DNA of 62,180 nt, counting the filler. It is 10 parts of 10 records of this genome, joined end to end, with 100 filler letters (N's around TTAATTAATTAA, not from the genome) between each part and the next. Parts side by side here need not be neighbours in the genome. Positions count along the whole stretch, not along the records: positions 9,543 to 12,570 come from SRR15195285_2632; positions 12,671 to 18,618 come from SRR15195285_2638; positions 18,719 to 24,826 come from SRR15195285_2640; 7 more parts are not named here. One strand, written 5' to 3'. Position 1 is the first letter of the stretch; every line of letters starts with the position of its first letter. A model generated the notes under the pieces. The model saw only the letters and a list, made by a program, of their open reading frames with translations. It was not told the origin of the DNA and ran no database searches. This document shows positions 12,333 to 23,020 of the stretch, piece by piece. A program made the translations under genes and the position numbers.

Positions 12333-12796
12333 TCTCCGAAGGATCCACGGACACAGATGACAACGCCGGAGCCCCACTAGGTGGCTCGATAGGGAGCGTA
12401 CCGCCTCGCTAACGCCGGTATCGAGGCAGGCGGCAGCGAGGTAGCCCGCGTCCCGCGCCGCGGCGCCGGGAGCGAGCGAGATCCGGGAATTTCTGTCTAC
12501 CGGAATCTGATACTGACGGTAGGAAGACCATAGGAATTCCTACCGTGACTTTCGAGCTAACTTCACAGTCNNNNNNNNNNNNNNNNNNNNNNNNNNNNNN
12601 NNNNNNNNNNNNNNTTAATTAATTAANNNNNNNNNNNNNNNNNNNNNNNNNNNNNNNNNNNNNNNNNNNNTGTACACGGGACTGGATTTTCCGTGTTTGA
12701 CTACAGGGTGCGGCCTCCCCGCCGGCGGCGCCGGGGCACTGCTATACTGTCGATCAGCACCCGGCGCACGCCGTTGCATCGCCCCGTTCAGTTTTG

Positions 12797-15700
12797 ATGC
12801 GTGGTGCACTCTTCCTACTACTGCCCTGCACGGTCACAGTCACCGCCACCGTCACCCCCGCACGGCCAGCTCTGCATGGCTCCTCCTCCTCGGACACCGC
12901 CACGAGGAGCACGGCCACGGGGCTGCAGGAGCAGCTCGACAGACTCATCTTCATGTGCGTTGAAGATAACTTTTTGAAGGATGAAATGCTGCTCCAGCGC
13001 GCAGCCCCGGCAGGCTGCCTTGCACGAGGGCACACGTTGCTCATAAGTCCTGACCCTTGCGAGGTGCGACCGTGCGCTTTTGCAGGAACAATGGCACGGT
13101 GCAGAAGAGCGACCAGTTCGTGTACGTGGCGCAGAAGATCAGCTACAACGAGCCGGACAACGTGACCTGCTCGGAGTGCGGCTGGGCAGTGCACAGCCCG
13201 TGGCATTACCTGCATCAGCTCGACCCGCACGCTCCCCCACCGCCCCCGCCGCCACCAGCACCCAAAACGCACAACCTCACCCAGGTCTGCGCGGCAGAAT
13301 GCTGCCGTCAGCAGAATTGCGTCGGCTTTCTCTTTGAGTCCCACGCCGACGCCTCCCCAGGGCCGTGCGTGAAAGGCGGGCCTTGCTGCTGGTTCAAGTC
13401 TCATATCGATGCGACGGGCAAAAAGCCCGCGTCGGTCGGCGCGACCATCTACAAAGTCGCCGACAAATGGGGCGAGTGTACCACCTCTGTTGTTTGCACC
13501 GACTGCGACTCACCTGGGCAGGACTCGGGGGCGCCGATGACTCCCCTCGGCCCGGGGCCACCACCTACGGACGACCATGACAAAGTTCCGCCGCCAATGG
13601 GAATTCGCTCCTCGCCAGCACTCGGTGGCGTGAGTACGGGGTCGACAGAGCTGCGCTCGGATGGTAGCTTCCGCGAATGGACCATCTTCAACCAGGTACA
13701 CTGCGTGCATGGAACAATTGCAGCAAAACCCTTCTGGCTACAGCGTGCACGGGCTGAGTTAGATGCGTGTTTGTCAGGGGCCTGCTGGATCCGGCAAGTA
13801 CGGCCTAGTTGACGACGTGTGGATGGCCGCGAGGGTGGGCACGTCGGCAAAGATGTTGCGCACGCACCCTCCGTCCTATGCGAGCGCCGCGGCTGTGGAC
13901 GCACTAACGTTTAGTGGCACGTATCCCGTGACGCGGCTAAATGTTGGGGATGCGAGTCTCGGCGCAAAAATGAGCGTCTACGGTTACAGCACCCTGAAGC
14001 CGACCGATCTGAAGGTGCAGTGCTCCCCAGCTCTCGTTTTGTCAACGTTTCTTTTGGCGGAGAGAACCTGCTGTGCACTAACTGTGATATGATGCACAGG
14101 CGTCAGCGTTCCCTGCTGTCGTGTTGACGCTGGCCGTTGAAAATACGGCGGCGACCGCGCAAAATGCATCATTCATGTTCAACCTTCCGATGGGTGCCTG
14201 GACTGACTGCAGCCGTGCCTCTGCGAACTCCACCAAGATGCCGGCCGCCACTACTCACATCGCATGCATGAAGTCCTGCGAGACCTCTGCAAGCTGCGCC
14301 TCTTGGCAGTTTACAGCGAGCACTTCATCCTGTGTGCTCAACAAAGATGTGCCGCTCACATCACACCTCGTCGGCTCATGGTGTGGAATCAAATCGAAGG
14401 ATGGTTGGCAGCTTAAGGATGGTGGGCTCACCCGCAGCACTCGGCCCCTTACCTCTGGACCGTCTATGGGCGACATGACCCTCCGCCCCGTCTTGGGCTC
14501 ACCTGGCACTGTCACGGCCTCTTTCGGGAGTGCGAACGATCCGGCCATGCTGTATAAGACATTTGCAGAGCACGGCTCATTCCCTACCGGCTCCCTGGTG
14601 CAGAACGGAGATGCTGCCCATGGTGCAGTGTCGGTGTCTACGGAGCTGGAGGCCGGGGCAAAGACAACGCTTTCGCTAGTGTTCAGCTGGCACTTCCCCG
14701 ATCGCGACTTTTCCCACATTATCCTCGGGAATATGTGCGCACTGTCCCTGCGCTACTCGCACTTAAGCAGTTTTCCTACGCTACTTCTGTAGCATGCTTG
14801 TCCCATTGCTGCTCGCTACCCAGCTGCTAGCCTCTGCTCTCCGCAGTCTCATCACCACCAGGCGTGTCTCTGTGGTTGTGGCGTCCATACAGGTACACCG
14901 AGTTGTGGCCGGACAGCGCTGCAGTAGCTGAGGAGCTTGCCTCAGAAACAAAGCTCAGTTCTGTAGTGGCGGACATTAACAGTCATCACTATGCGGTTGC
15001 CTCGCCTAACAACCCCACGCCGGTATGGCTTAAGGATCAGTTGCTTAATCAGTGGAGCCACTTTCATATGCTCATGTGGTACAAAGACGGCCGACTACGT
15101 GAGTACGAGGCCTGGAGCTGTGACGACGTCGACAGGTAAGCAAACACAGAATTCTTCGCCTGCAAAAGGTATTCTGTAGCAGTCTGAGCATGTGCCTGAG
15201 TGAGATCTCAGTCAGCTGTGTTTGGCAGCGTGCACAATGACTACCAGCGTCATCTGCTCTACCTCTGGGCCTACCCTGAATTTGAGCTCAACAAGATGGA
15301 CGCCTGGTCAACCTTCGCCCAGGATCCAAAGGATGGCCACATTTGGGAATCGTTGGGCTACACAGGCAGGCCGATGGATCAAGGCGGGGGCCGATTGATG
15401 GGCGACACCACGAGTCTGTACCTGCTAGAGATGTATGAAATTTATCGCCATAACGGCAACAAGACCTTCATTGAACATCAGTGGGACTCTGCAAAACGGG
15501 CAGTCAGCTGGATGATCGGGAATGCACAGAGCATCAAATCAAACGAGAGCAGCTTCGGTCTGCCCCAGAAACTAGCGACGACATACGACCATTTCGGTTT
15601 TCACACGCACAACACGGTGGCATATAATGGGCATATCTACCTGACAGCCCTCAAGGCGGTGGAGGAAATGGCGAAGACGGTGGATGACACGACGACCGCT

Positions 15701-16684
15701 GCTGCTGCCTCGAAGGCCTTTGCGCTGGGGAAGAGCAAGCTGATGCAGCCGACCTCGAGCGGCGGCCCATTGTGGGATGGAGACAAGAAGTTCTGGCGCT
15801 GCCACTCTGACACCGAGACCCAAATCTTTACCGACACGCTCTATGGCCAGATGCTCGCCCACCACCACCTGCAAAACTATACAGTCCGTGCCAAGATTGC
15901 ATTCCGTTCACACATATGTTTGGCTTTCTGTGTCCTGAAAACGCTTTCCGGTGTGACATGTAGCTTCCAGCTGAGATGCTTGAGGCTCATCTTGAGTACG
16001 AATGGTCGAAGAATCAGGACAAATACGGTATGCGCGTCTTGAACGACCCTGTCCAAGAGGATTCCATCTGGATGAACGGACCGCCAACGATTTCTTATAT
16101 ACAGCTGCAGATGGGCAAGAAGTCGTTCGTTGATGCGATTGAGCCATTTTATCGCATGTCAGAAAACTTTAGGAGCCGACTGCGGGATCAGTGGAACCTG
16201 CGAGCACTCACGCACACAGACGGAAGTGTCGCTCCAGCGGAAACAAACCGGGCGCTTGAGCTCGGTGCTCCGCGCGAGCAGGGGCACTACGGCTTCATGC
16301 TCACCGACCTCTTCCTACTGCCGCTGCTTTCGGGACAGGTGCGTGCCTAACATCGTCGTTTTGTCACCTGGAAGATGCTGCTTACACGCGTGCTTGCGCT
16401 GTGCACGACATGATTACATCATCGCAATGGGGCAGGTTGTCGACATGGCGGAGGGAAAACTCTCACTTTCGCCCATGTTCTCTGCCCCCTACACCATGCC
16501 GTTGCTCATTTCCAACTGCGAGGGCAGCATCAGTCAAGCCAAAGCCAACGGCAAGATCACACTCGACATTGCATTTGGCTCGCTCAAGCTGCCGGCAGGA
16601 GGACTGAGCGTGGGAGGCGTCACCTACGACAAATCAGTCGATCTTGCGGCAGGCGGCTCGATCAGCTGGGGTGGTACCCAGTAG
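12797..16684 (+). CDS. Secreted GH116 (GBA2-like beta-glucosidase/glucosylceramidase family) protein with PAN/Apple-like Cys modules, 8 exons
   Basis: GH116 N-terminal motif [26 protein letters not shown], plus [16 protein letters not shown] and ATTYDH in the catalytic region. Frame-restoring GT-AG introns at 12955-13085, 13696-13777, 14015-14099, 14735-14892, 15136-15228, 15884-15963 and 16339-16435. Signal peptide [10 protein letters not shown]. Confidence 0.8.
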
Positions 16685-16941
16685 TGGAGCAGTCGCTTGC
16701 TGGACTGGTACCCACTCGGGAGCTGGTCCATTCGAGTGCGCCAAACAGAGACACGAATGCACCCAGCTTTGCGTGCTGCTCAGCAACACCTTCCCCCTCA
16801 GCACCGGCCCTGGTGGAACCGGAGAGAGTCTATCCTACAGACAAGCAGGTGTTGCGAGCTTGAGAGAGAGAGGGGGGAGCGGCGGGAGGCCAGTTGGAGT
16901 TCATTGTCGCCAGCTAGTCCACAGCGGCATCCTGTCGCTTG

Positions 16942-17954
16942 TCAAGTTGCTCGCACGCGCTGATGTTGCTTCAGCTGTGGCTCCTGGGTGTCTGCTGGGA
17001 CGAAGACCACGCGGTGTTCTATCTCCTTCCCCTCGGCGGTCGCAGCAGCGGCGCGAGCATTTGCCTCTACGTCAGCGCCGATCCGTTCCAGACGTTGGCG
17101 CAGCGCCTCGATATCGGCGTTGGTCTGTGCCTGCACTTTTGCCAGCTGCTCCACCTGCCCGGTGAGCGCGTCCACAGCTGCGGATGGGTTGCCCTGCTCC
17201 AGAGCAGCTACTTTCTGCAGGAGCGCTTCGACGGCGGCCGACTGCGCGCTCTGCGCGCTCTCTATCGCGGCCGTCTGTGCGGCTGTCGCTCCCGCTGCGG
17301 ACGCAGCCGCCGCAGCCACCGCCTCCAAGCGCCCGAGCTCGCTGGCACGCGCCTCAGCACCCACGTCACCCATCTGCGCATTCACGCTGGCGAGCTCTGC
17401 CCGCACGTCTGCCAGGCCACCAGGCAGCGCCAGGAGCCCCTGCAGCGTCGCGTCGGTGTCGTTCAGCCGCTGCTCCTGCTGGGCGATGACGAGCTCGAGC
17501 TGCTCGATCTGCGTCCGGTGGCGCGAGCCGGCGCGACCCATCGCGCGCTCCTGCGCGTCCAGCCGCGCGGCGATGTCGTTCTCGTGCGAATCTGCCGCGC
17601 CGCTGCTCGCGCACGTAGCCTCCAGCGCCGCGAGCCGCTGCTCCAGCACCGCGACCGCCGCCACCGCCGCGCCCTCCTCCTCCTGCGCCTGCACAAGCCC
17701 GTCACGCCGTTTTACGGTTAGCAGCAGCACAGGGATGGAGAGACGCGCAGAGAGGAGAGAGACGAGTGAGAGAGCGAGAGCTTGGGCGCGAATGTTGTTT
17801 GGACGGCTCTGTCCCGCAGCAGCGTGCAGCGGCAGCAGCGTGCAGCGGCAGCGCCCACTTGCCACCAGGGCCAGAGTGTGGCGCGTGGGTTGTCCCTCAC
17901 CGCCGCAGCCACCCCAGCGCCCAGCAGCACCACCACCCTCAGCAGCCGCCACAT
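16942..17954 (-). CDS. Signal-peptide-bearing Ala-rich coiled-coil protein of unknown function; 3' end uncertain and probably includes a short further exon near 16800-16840
   Basis: Exon 1 MWRLLRVVVLLGAGVAAA...WWQ|GT is spliced to GTGCAG|AQEEEG, followed by heptad-like LEQRLAALE, LEAVAAA and VEALLQKVAALE. Confidence 0.55.
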
Positions 17955-18937
17955 CGCATCGCCATTCCACCGAGCAGCAGCATTAGATCCAGCGGCAGTG
18001 GGCGGCCGCGTCGTGTGTCGACACAGGGGGCCGTTCATAGTCATCGCCGCCACACAGTAGCCACACAGTAGCCCCACTCTCGGGCTCGGTAAGACCAAGT
18101 ACAGTGTAGCAGTCCCTGCCCTGTGCACACGGCGCGGTGTGCTCAGCTCAGCTCACGCGGCCGATGGCGCATATCAATATGTACACCACGAGCACGCCAC
18201 TGAAGGGGGCAGGGCGTCGGCAGCACACCGTCCACGAGTCTCGCCCTGTCCCGCAGCGCCGGCTCCTCTACTCTCTATCGGGGCACTATGGTACTACAGT
18301 AGATCTACTGCAGTGTGTGTACACTACAGTGTAGCCTATAGTGACACTATCGGCTGGTGGTGCAGCTCCTTGTCCCTGTTCCCGTTCTGGTTCTGGTTGT
18401 ACGTACTAGTAGCCCAGCTGTGCCGACCGTCGGTGTGCCGACCGTACGTGGCGCTGCATGCCCAAGTGCCAATTGGAATTGCTTGTATGCGCCCAACGGC
18501 CAATTTGGGCGGTTGCTGCCGCATGCGCCGGGATGCTTTTTAGACAATCCCCAGCAAGCAGGCAGGGTTATCACGAATTTCTCGCTACAGGGGCCGCCCG
18601 TTCTCCGCGGAGGGTTATNNNNNNNNNNNNNNNNNNNNNNNNNNNNNNNNNNNNNNNNNNNNTTAATTAATTAANNNNNNNNNNNNNNNNNNNNNNNNNN
18701 NNNNNNNNNNNNNNNNNNCACGTGCTCAGGCACAGGACAAGGGCGTTTGCTGAGGGGCGGCCGACTCGTCTGGATCAGAGGACGAGCGCCTTCCTTCGCA
18801 CCGGCTGCTCGCTCGCTGCTCCCGCACAGCTTCCTTGGGGGCCCCAAGGTACGCTTGAGACGGCCCTTGCAAGGACCCTTGCTGTTCTGGTGGTGCGCGG
18901 CTCAGGCCCGTCGTGCAGTGCCCCGGGGAGGGGGGGG

Positions 18938-21900
18938 ATGGCTCGTGATGTCACGAGCCACGCACCGGATTCATCAGAGAAAGGCAGTGAGGGCGTGGCG
19001 CCGGGCACCATCGTCAAGTGCACAGCCAACCCGGTGGACACCCCTAGCCCTGGAGGAAAGACTCGGAGATCTAGCAAAGGCAGGGGTGGGCGCGGTGGGA
19101 GGGGAGGGAGGGGAGGAAAAGCGAAAGGGCGCGCCCCCTCGCGCGTAGCCACTGCCGCCGCTGAAACAGGCGCAGCGACGGCCACTGTGGCGCAGCCTCA
19201 GGCGCTCTCGCCGCGTCGCACGCACCGCGTGGAATACCTCGACCCTCCATCCCAAATTTCGACCACGCCGCAGGAGATGCCAGCGCAGTGCGGCACGATA
19301 GAGACGGAGGCTGCGCAGGAAAGTACAGAAGTGCCAGCGGTGGTGCCCGAGGCTGACACCAGCGCCGCCACCTCCGAAGGTTCCAGCAGTCACGAGGACG
19401 ACGGTGACAGTCAAGTGCCACAGACGCCAGCGCGGGAGGTCGGGGTGACGTCGGTATCTCCGCCGGTAGAAACGCCTTCAGGTTCCGCTGGAGAAGCAGG
19501 TGAGGGGTGCGCAGCCGACATGGGCGACCAATGGGTCACTAAACTCTCAGGGAAGTGGCGGGCGTTCGGTTGGGACGAAAACGGTCCCGGCCTGGAGGAG
19601 CTGCTCATGCTCGAGGTCACGGCCGATGGCACCATATCAGGAATCGTTGACGATGGCGACGGAGTCATGGGTGGTGATGCAGGCGACTGCAAAATTGAGA
19701 ACGGCCACGCCGACACTGCGACGCGGTGCGTGGCCTTCGACCAAGTCTACGACGACGGTGCCGTGACCCGGTGGGAGGCGACATACGACGCGGAGAAGGA
19801 CCAGCTGAAAGCAGGAATATGGACAGGAGAATGCGTCGGTGGCTTTGAGGCCAACCGAGATACCGGCGAGCAGATGCATTCGCTGCACGGCTACCGCGCC
19901 TGTTCGCCACGAGTTGTTGTGTATGTTGCCCCGAGCTCGACTATCGAGCCCACCGGACAGCTTGGGCTGGGAGTCACAGCGGTGAGCAGCATGACGCACC
20001 ACGACGAGTCCAGCGGGACGCAGTGGGTGCAGCTGCTGGTCAAAGAAGATCCGCAGGCAAAGATCCAGAAGGTCTGGGCCATGGTACGCGACGGTGCAGG
20101 TGCCGTGCAGCTCTGCCGGGCGCCAGAAGTCGACGGAACGGGCATCGACGCGATCATTTCACCTCTAGGACCAACGGCGGAGGACCTGACGGAGCAGTTG
20201 CTGTCAGAGCGCGAACAACGCGAGGTAGAACTCGAGCAGATGCGTACACGTCACCGCGAAGAGCTAGAGACTCACCAAGAACAGCTGCACTCAGAGAACA
20301 TGGCACACGAAGCTGCGGTGCATGAGCTTACGCAGCAGAAGGATGCAGAGCTGGCTGCGAGGCGCGAGGAGCACGAAGCTGCATCACGGCGAATAACAGA
20401 GACCTTGACCGAACAGCTGCGTGCTGAGACCGAGGCTCGAACAATTGCACAGAATCGTCTAATCGCCATGACTCAGAGAAAGGACGAGCTGAGTTGGTCT
20501 TTGAGTAGGGCGGATGCTCTAAGCGCACGCTTGCAAGCACAGCTCGAGGAGGTGAATTCTGAGGCCGCGCGGGAGAACTCAGATCCAACCCACGAACCGC
20601 TGCTGGCGCAGGCCGCTTTTGAGCTTGCTGACACTGACAACGATGGGGTTGTTGATGCTGCTGACATCCTGGCCTGGCACAGGGCAGAGTTGGCACTGCC
20701 TGACGATACACCGAAATCTACCGAATCGATCCTCGCATTAATTGAAGAATACGGCTGGGAGTTCGACGACAGCGAAGTGAAAAGCCCGAGTGGCGAGGCA
20801 GCAGTAGGACCATCAGCGTTTGCACAGATCAGGAAGCACTTAATTGCAGAAGTTGATCGCGGCAAAGCTACTGCTGCTGCCAAGCTTTTGCAGCAACATC
20901 GTGAGAAGTATGAGGCGCGTCTAGCGCAAGCTGCGTTTCATCGTGCTGACCAAGATGACGACGGCGCTGTCGATGCCGCGGACATTGTCAAATGGTATGC
21001 AGCAGAGCTAGCGCTACCCGGCGACCCCCCGAAGCTTCTGGATGAGTTGGAGGGTATGATTGCAGAAATAGGCTGGGAGTTTGATGACGAGGAGGTACAG
21101 AGCTCGCGAGGCAATAAGGCAGTCGGGCTTCAGGCTTTCATAGAAATTCGGAGGCAACTGAAAGCTGAAACAGATGCGCGCGCATCGGCCCTAGAAAAGA
21201 ATCTCCACGAACAGCGAAAGGAGCGCGGTGTCGCGGTGGAGCACACTGTGCTCGTTGATGCATTGGAAGAGATGGCAGCAATAGAGGACGCGAACATGGA
21301 GAAAGATGCCACTATAACTGAATTGCGACAAGAGTTGGAACAGACTATCAGTGACAAGGATGCTGAGCGTGCGGACGCACTATCTACAATGCAACAGTTC
21401 ATGGACGAGGACAAGTATGAGACTAGTCAGGTTATGCAGCAGCAGATCGATGGTCAGCTCGGGATCCTGCTAGAAAGCATCAATAAGGTAGGCAACAAAT
21501 CTGCAGCTGGTGTCGACGAGACGAAATCTGAGGTGATCAACTTCTTACGAAAGTCCAACAACGAGAAAGCCGACTCAATCGTGCAGCTGCAAAAGCTGGT
21601 AGCCGATCTCGAAGCAGCGATCAAGGCTGGGGAGCAACACCAGCGCGACATGTTCGAGCGCGGCTGGACTGCAGCCCGAGTCGAACAATCGAAAGGACCT
21701 GCCCCTGAGCAATCAGAACCACTGGGGTCAGACGCAATTAGTACCAATGACCAGATGCTCCAGGAGATGACTGCAAAGGACGGGGAAGAAGCGCAACGGC
21801 AGATCCTTACGCTTGAGGAGAAGCTCGCAAGGGCCGAGGAGACGCTAGCGAATGCGCTAGCGCGAGAACAGGAGCTGGAAGACGCGCTCGCCGAAGCAGT

Positions 21901-22264
21901 TTTGACAAGTCAGAAGCCGACTGGTGAGCTGGAGCACCAGAAGCCTCCACCGGAGGAAGCGCAGCCACAGCTGGAGCTTTCACAGCCCGAAACGAGTGTT
22001 GAACGTGCAGCTCGGCTGATTTTCGAACGTTTCGACAACGATGGCGATGGATTCCATAGCCTGAAGGAGACTGAAGCCCTTGCGCTTGTATTGCACGATG
22101 TACGCGTGAGCAAATCTGATTTCATTGCGCTGTGCGAAGACCTCGGCGCCGATGATGAGAAGGGGATTTCCATCAATGAGTTCAAGCTGATCTACACTGA
22201 TCCGAGCTTTGAGGCTGATGCGGAGGCAGATTATCGACGGGTGTTTGGGGCGGCACTGAGATAA
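18938..22264 (+). CDS. Large coiled-coil EF-hand protein with an RGG stretch and a duplicated EF-hand module
   Basis: 1180-aa ORF with first ATG at 18938. EF loops DTDNDGVVDAAD, DQDDDGAVDAAD and DNDGDGFHSLKE; GRGGRGGRGGRGGK; long E/Q/K-rich heptads. Confidence 0.8.
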   Translation: MARDVTSHAPDSSEKGSEGVAPGTIVKCTANPVDTPSPGGKTRRSSKGRGGRGGRGGRGGKAKGRAPSRVATAAAETGAATATVAQPQALSPRRTHRVEYLDPPSQISTTPQEMPAQCGTIETEAAQESTEVPAVVPEADTSAATSEGSSSHEDDGDSQVPQTPAREVGVTSVSPPVETPSGSAGEAGEGCAADMGDQWVTKLSGKWRAFGWDENGPGLEELLMLEVTADGTISGIVDDGDGVMGGDAGDCKIENGHADTATRCVAFDQVYDDGAVTRWEATYDAEKDQLKAGIWTGECVGGFEANRDTGEQMHSLHGYRACSPRVVVYVAPSSTIEPTGQLGLGVTAVSSMTHHDESSGTQWVQLLVKEDPQAKIQKVWAMVRDGAGAVQLCRAPEVDGTGIDAIISPLGPTAEDLTEQLLSEREQREVELEQMRTRHREELETHQEQLHSENMAHEAAVHELTQQKDAELAARREEHEAASRRITETLTEQLRAETEARTIAQNRLIAMTQRKDELSWSLSRADALSARLQAQLEEVNSEAARENSDPTHEPLLAQAAFELADTDNDGVVDAADILAWHRAELALPDDTPKSTESILALIEEYGWEFDDSEVKSPSGEAAVGPSAFAQIRKHLIAEVDRGKATAAAKLLQQHREKYEARLAQAAFHRADQDDDGAVDAADIVKWYAAELALPGDPPKLLDELEGMIAEIGWEFDDEEVQSSRGNKAVGLQAFIEIRRQLKAETDARASALEKNLHEQRKERGVAVEHTVLVDALEEMAAIEDANMEKDATITELRQELEQTISDKDAERADALSTMQQFMDEDKYETSQVMQQQIDGQLGILLESINKVGNKSAAGVDETKSEVINFLRKSNNEKADSIVQLQKLVADLEAAIKAGEQHQRDMFERGWTAARVEQSKGPAPEQSEPLGSDAISTNDQMLQEMTAKDGEEAQRQILTLEEKLARAEETLANALAREQELEDALAEAVLTSQKPTGELEHQKPPPEEAQPQLELSQPETSVERAARLIFERFDNDGDGFHSLKETEALALVLHDVRVSKSDFIALCEDLGADDEKGISINEFKLIYTDPSFEADAEADYRRVFGAALR

Positions 22265-23020
22265 CAGTGCGCCATGATGCTGGTAGGCTCGGTTGCTCTT
22301 GCCCCGCGCTGTCAAATTGCCGGGCGTTGTCAGCACGATGTATTCGACGTTTGCCATTAAATGTTCTGTCTACGTCCCTCCCTCTCGCTCCGGTTGATTC
22401 TAGAATTCGTTGGGTCGGAGAACTCACTACCGTAAAAAATCGAGTGGACCCCTCAGACCACACCTCGTGTCGCTGCTTTTCTCACGCATCAGAACTGAAA
22501 TGAAGCTTCTTTGACTCCGCTGTGAATCGAAGGATTCCTACGATCATCTGGAGATCACCATCTTCAGTACGTACTAGTACCGCCACTACAGTACTCTCTA
22601 GATCTCTCCGTCTCTCGCTCTCTTAGCTAGAGCTACCAGGTAGTCCGAGTACCTGAAGGTACGGTATGTACCAGCTCGTCGTACCTCTGCAGGGATCCTA
22701 CTAGGAATTTCCTCAATGGTACCTGTACTCGAGTGCTAGCAGTGCTGAAATTTGAGTCGTTCTCAAGGTGTCATCCCGTTGTGATTGGGTGAAGCGGTCT
22801 CGCAAGGAACTGGGGATGCGGGGCCATTATTGGGACTCGCCATGCCGCCTCAGTCTACCCTGCGCCTACGAACAGCCCGAGCTCAGTAAGGTAATCGAAA
22901 GATGAGTGAAAAAAAGCATCTGTAGAGCTTTTATTGGACGCCATCTGGACATTGTTTTGCGACACTCGCTAATGCAGCGCAGTCGCAAGTTTCTTGTTCA
23001 ACGCAGCGCTAATTGGCGCT

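Noticed and set aside
16939-17986. Long plus-strand ORFs 16939..17721 and 16988..17986, and similar antisense ORFs (22994..23929, 25948..27135, 49027..50151, 55070..55888)
   Set aside because: They are shadows of GC-rich genes on the opposite strand, with no domain motifs.
18357-18618. Possible 5' end of a secreted protein at the contig end
   Set aside because: GTG start, short, truncated and no motif; cannot be supported.
22750-22915. RNase MRP/P, SRP or hammerhead ribozyme assignment
   Set aside because: Only fragmentary motif resemblance with wrong spacing; kept only as an unassigned candidate.
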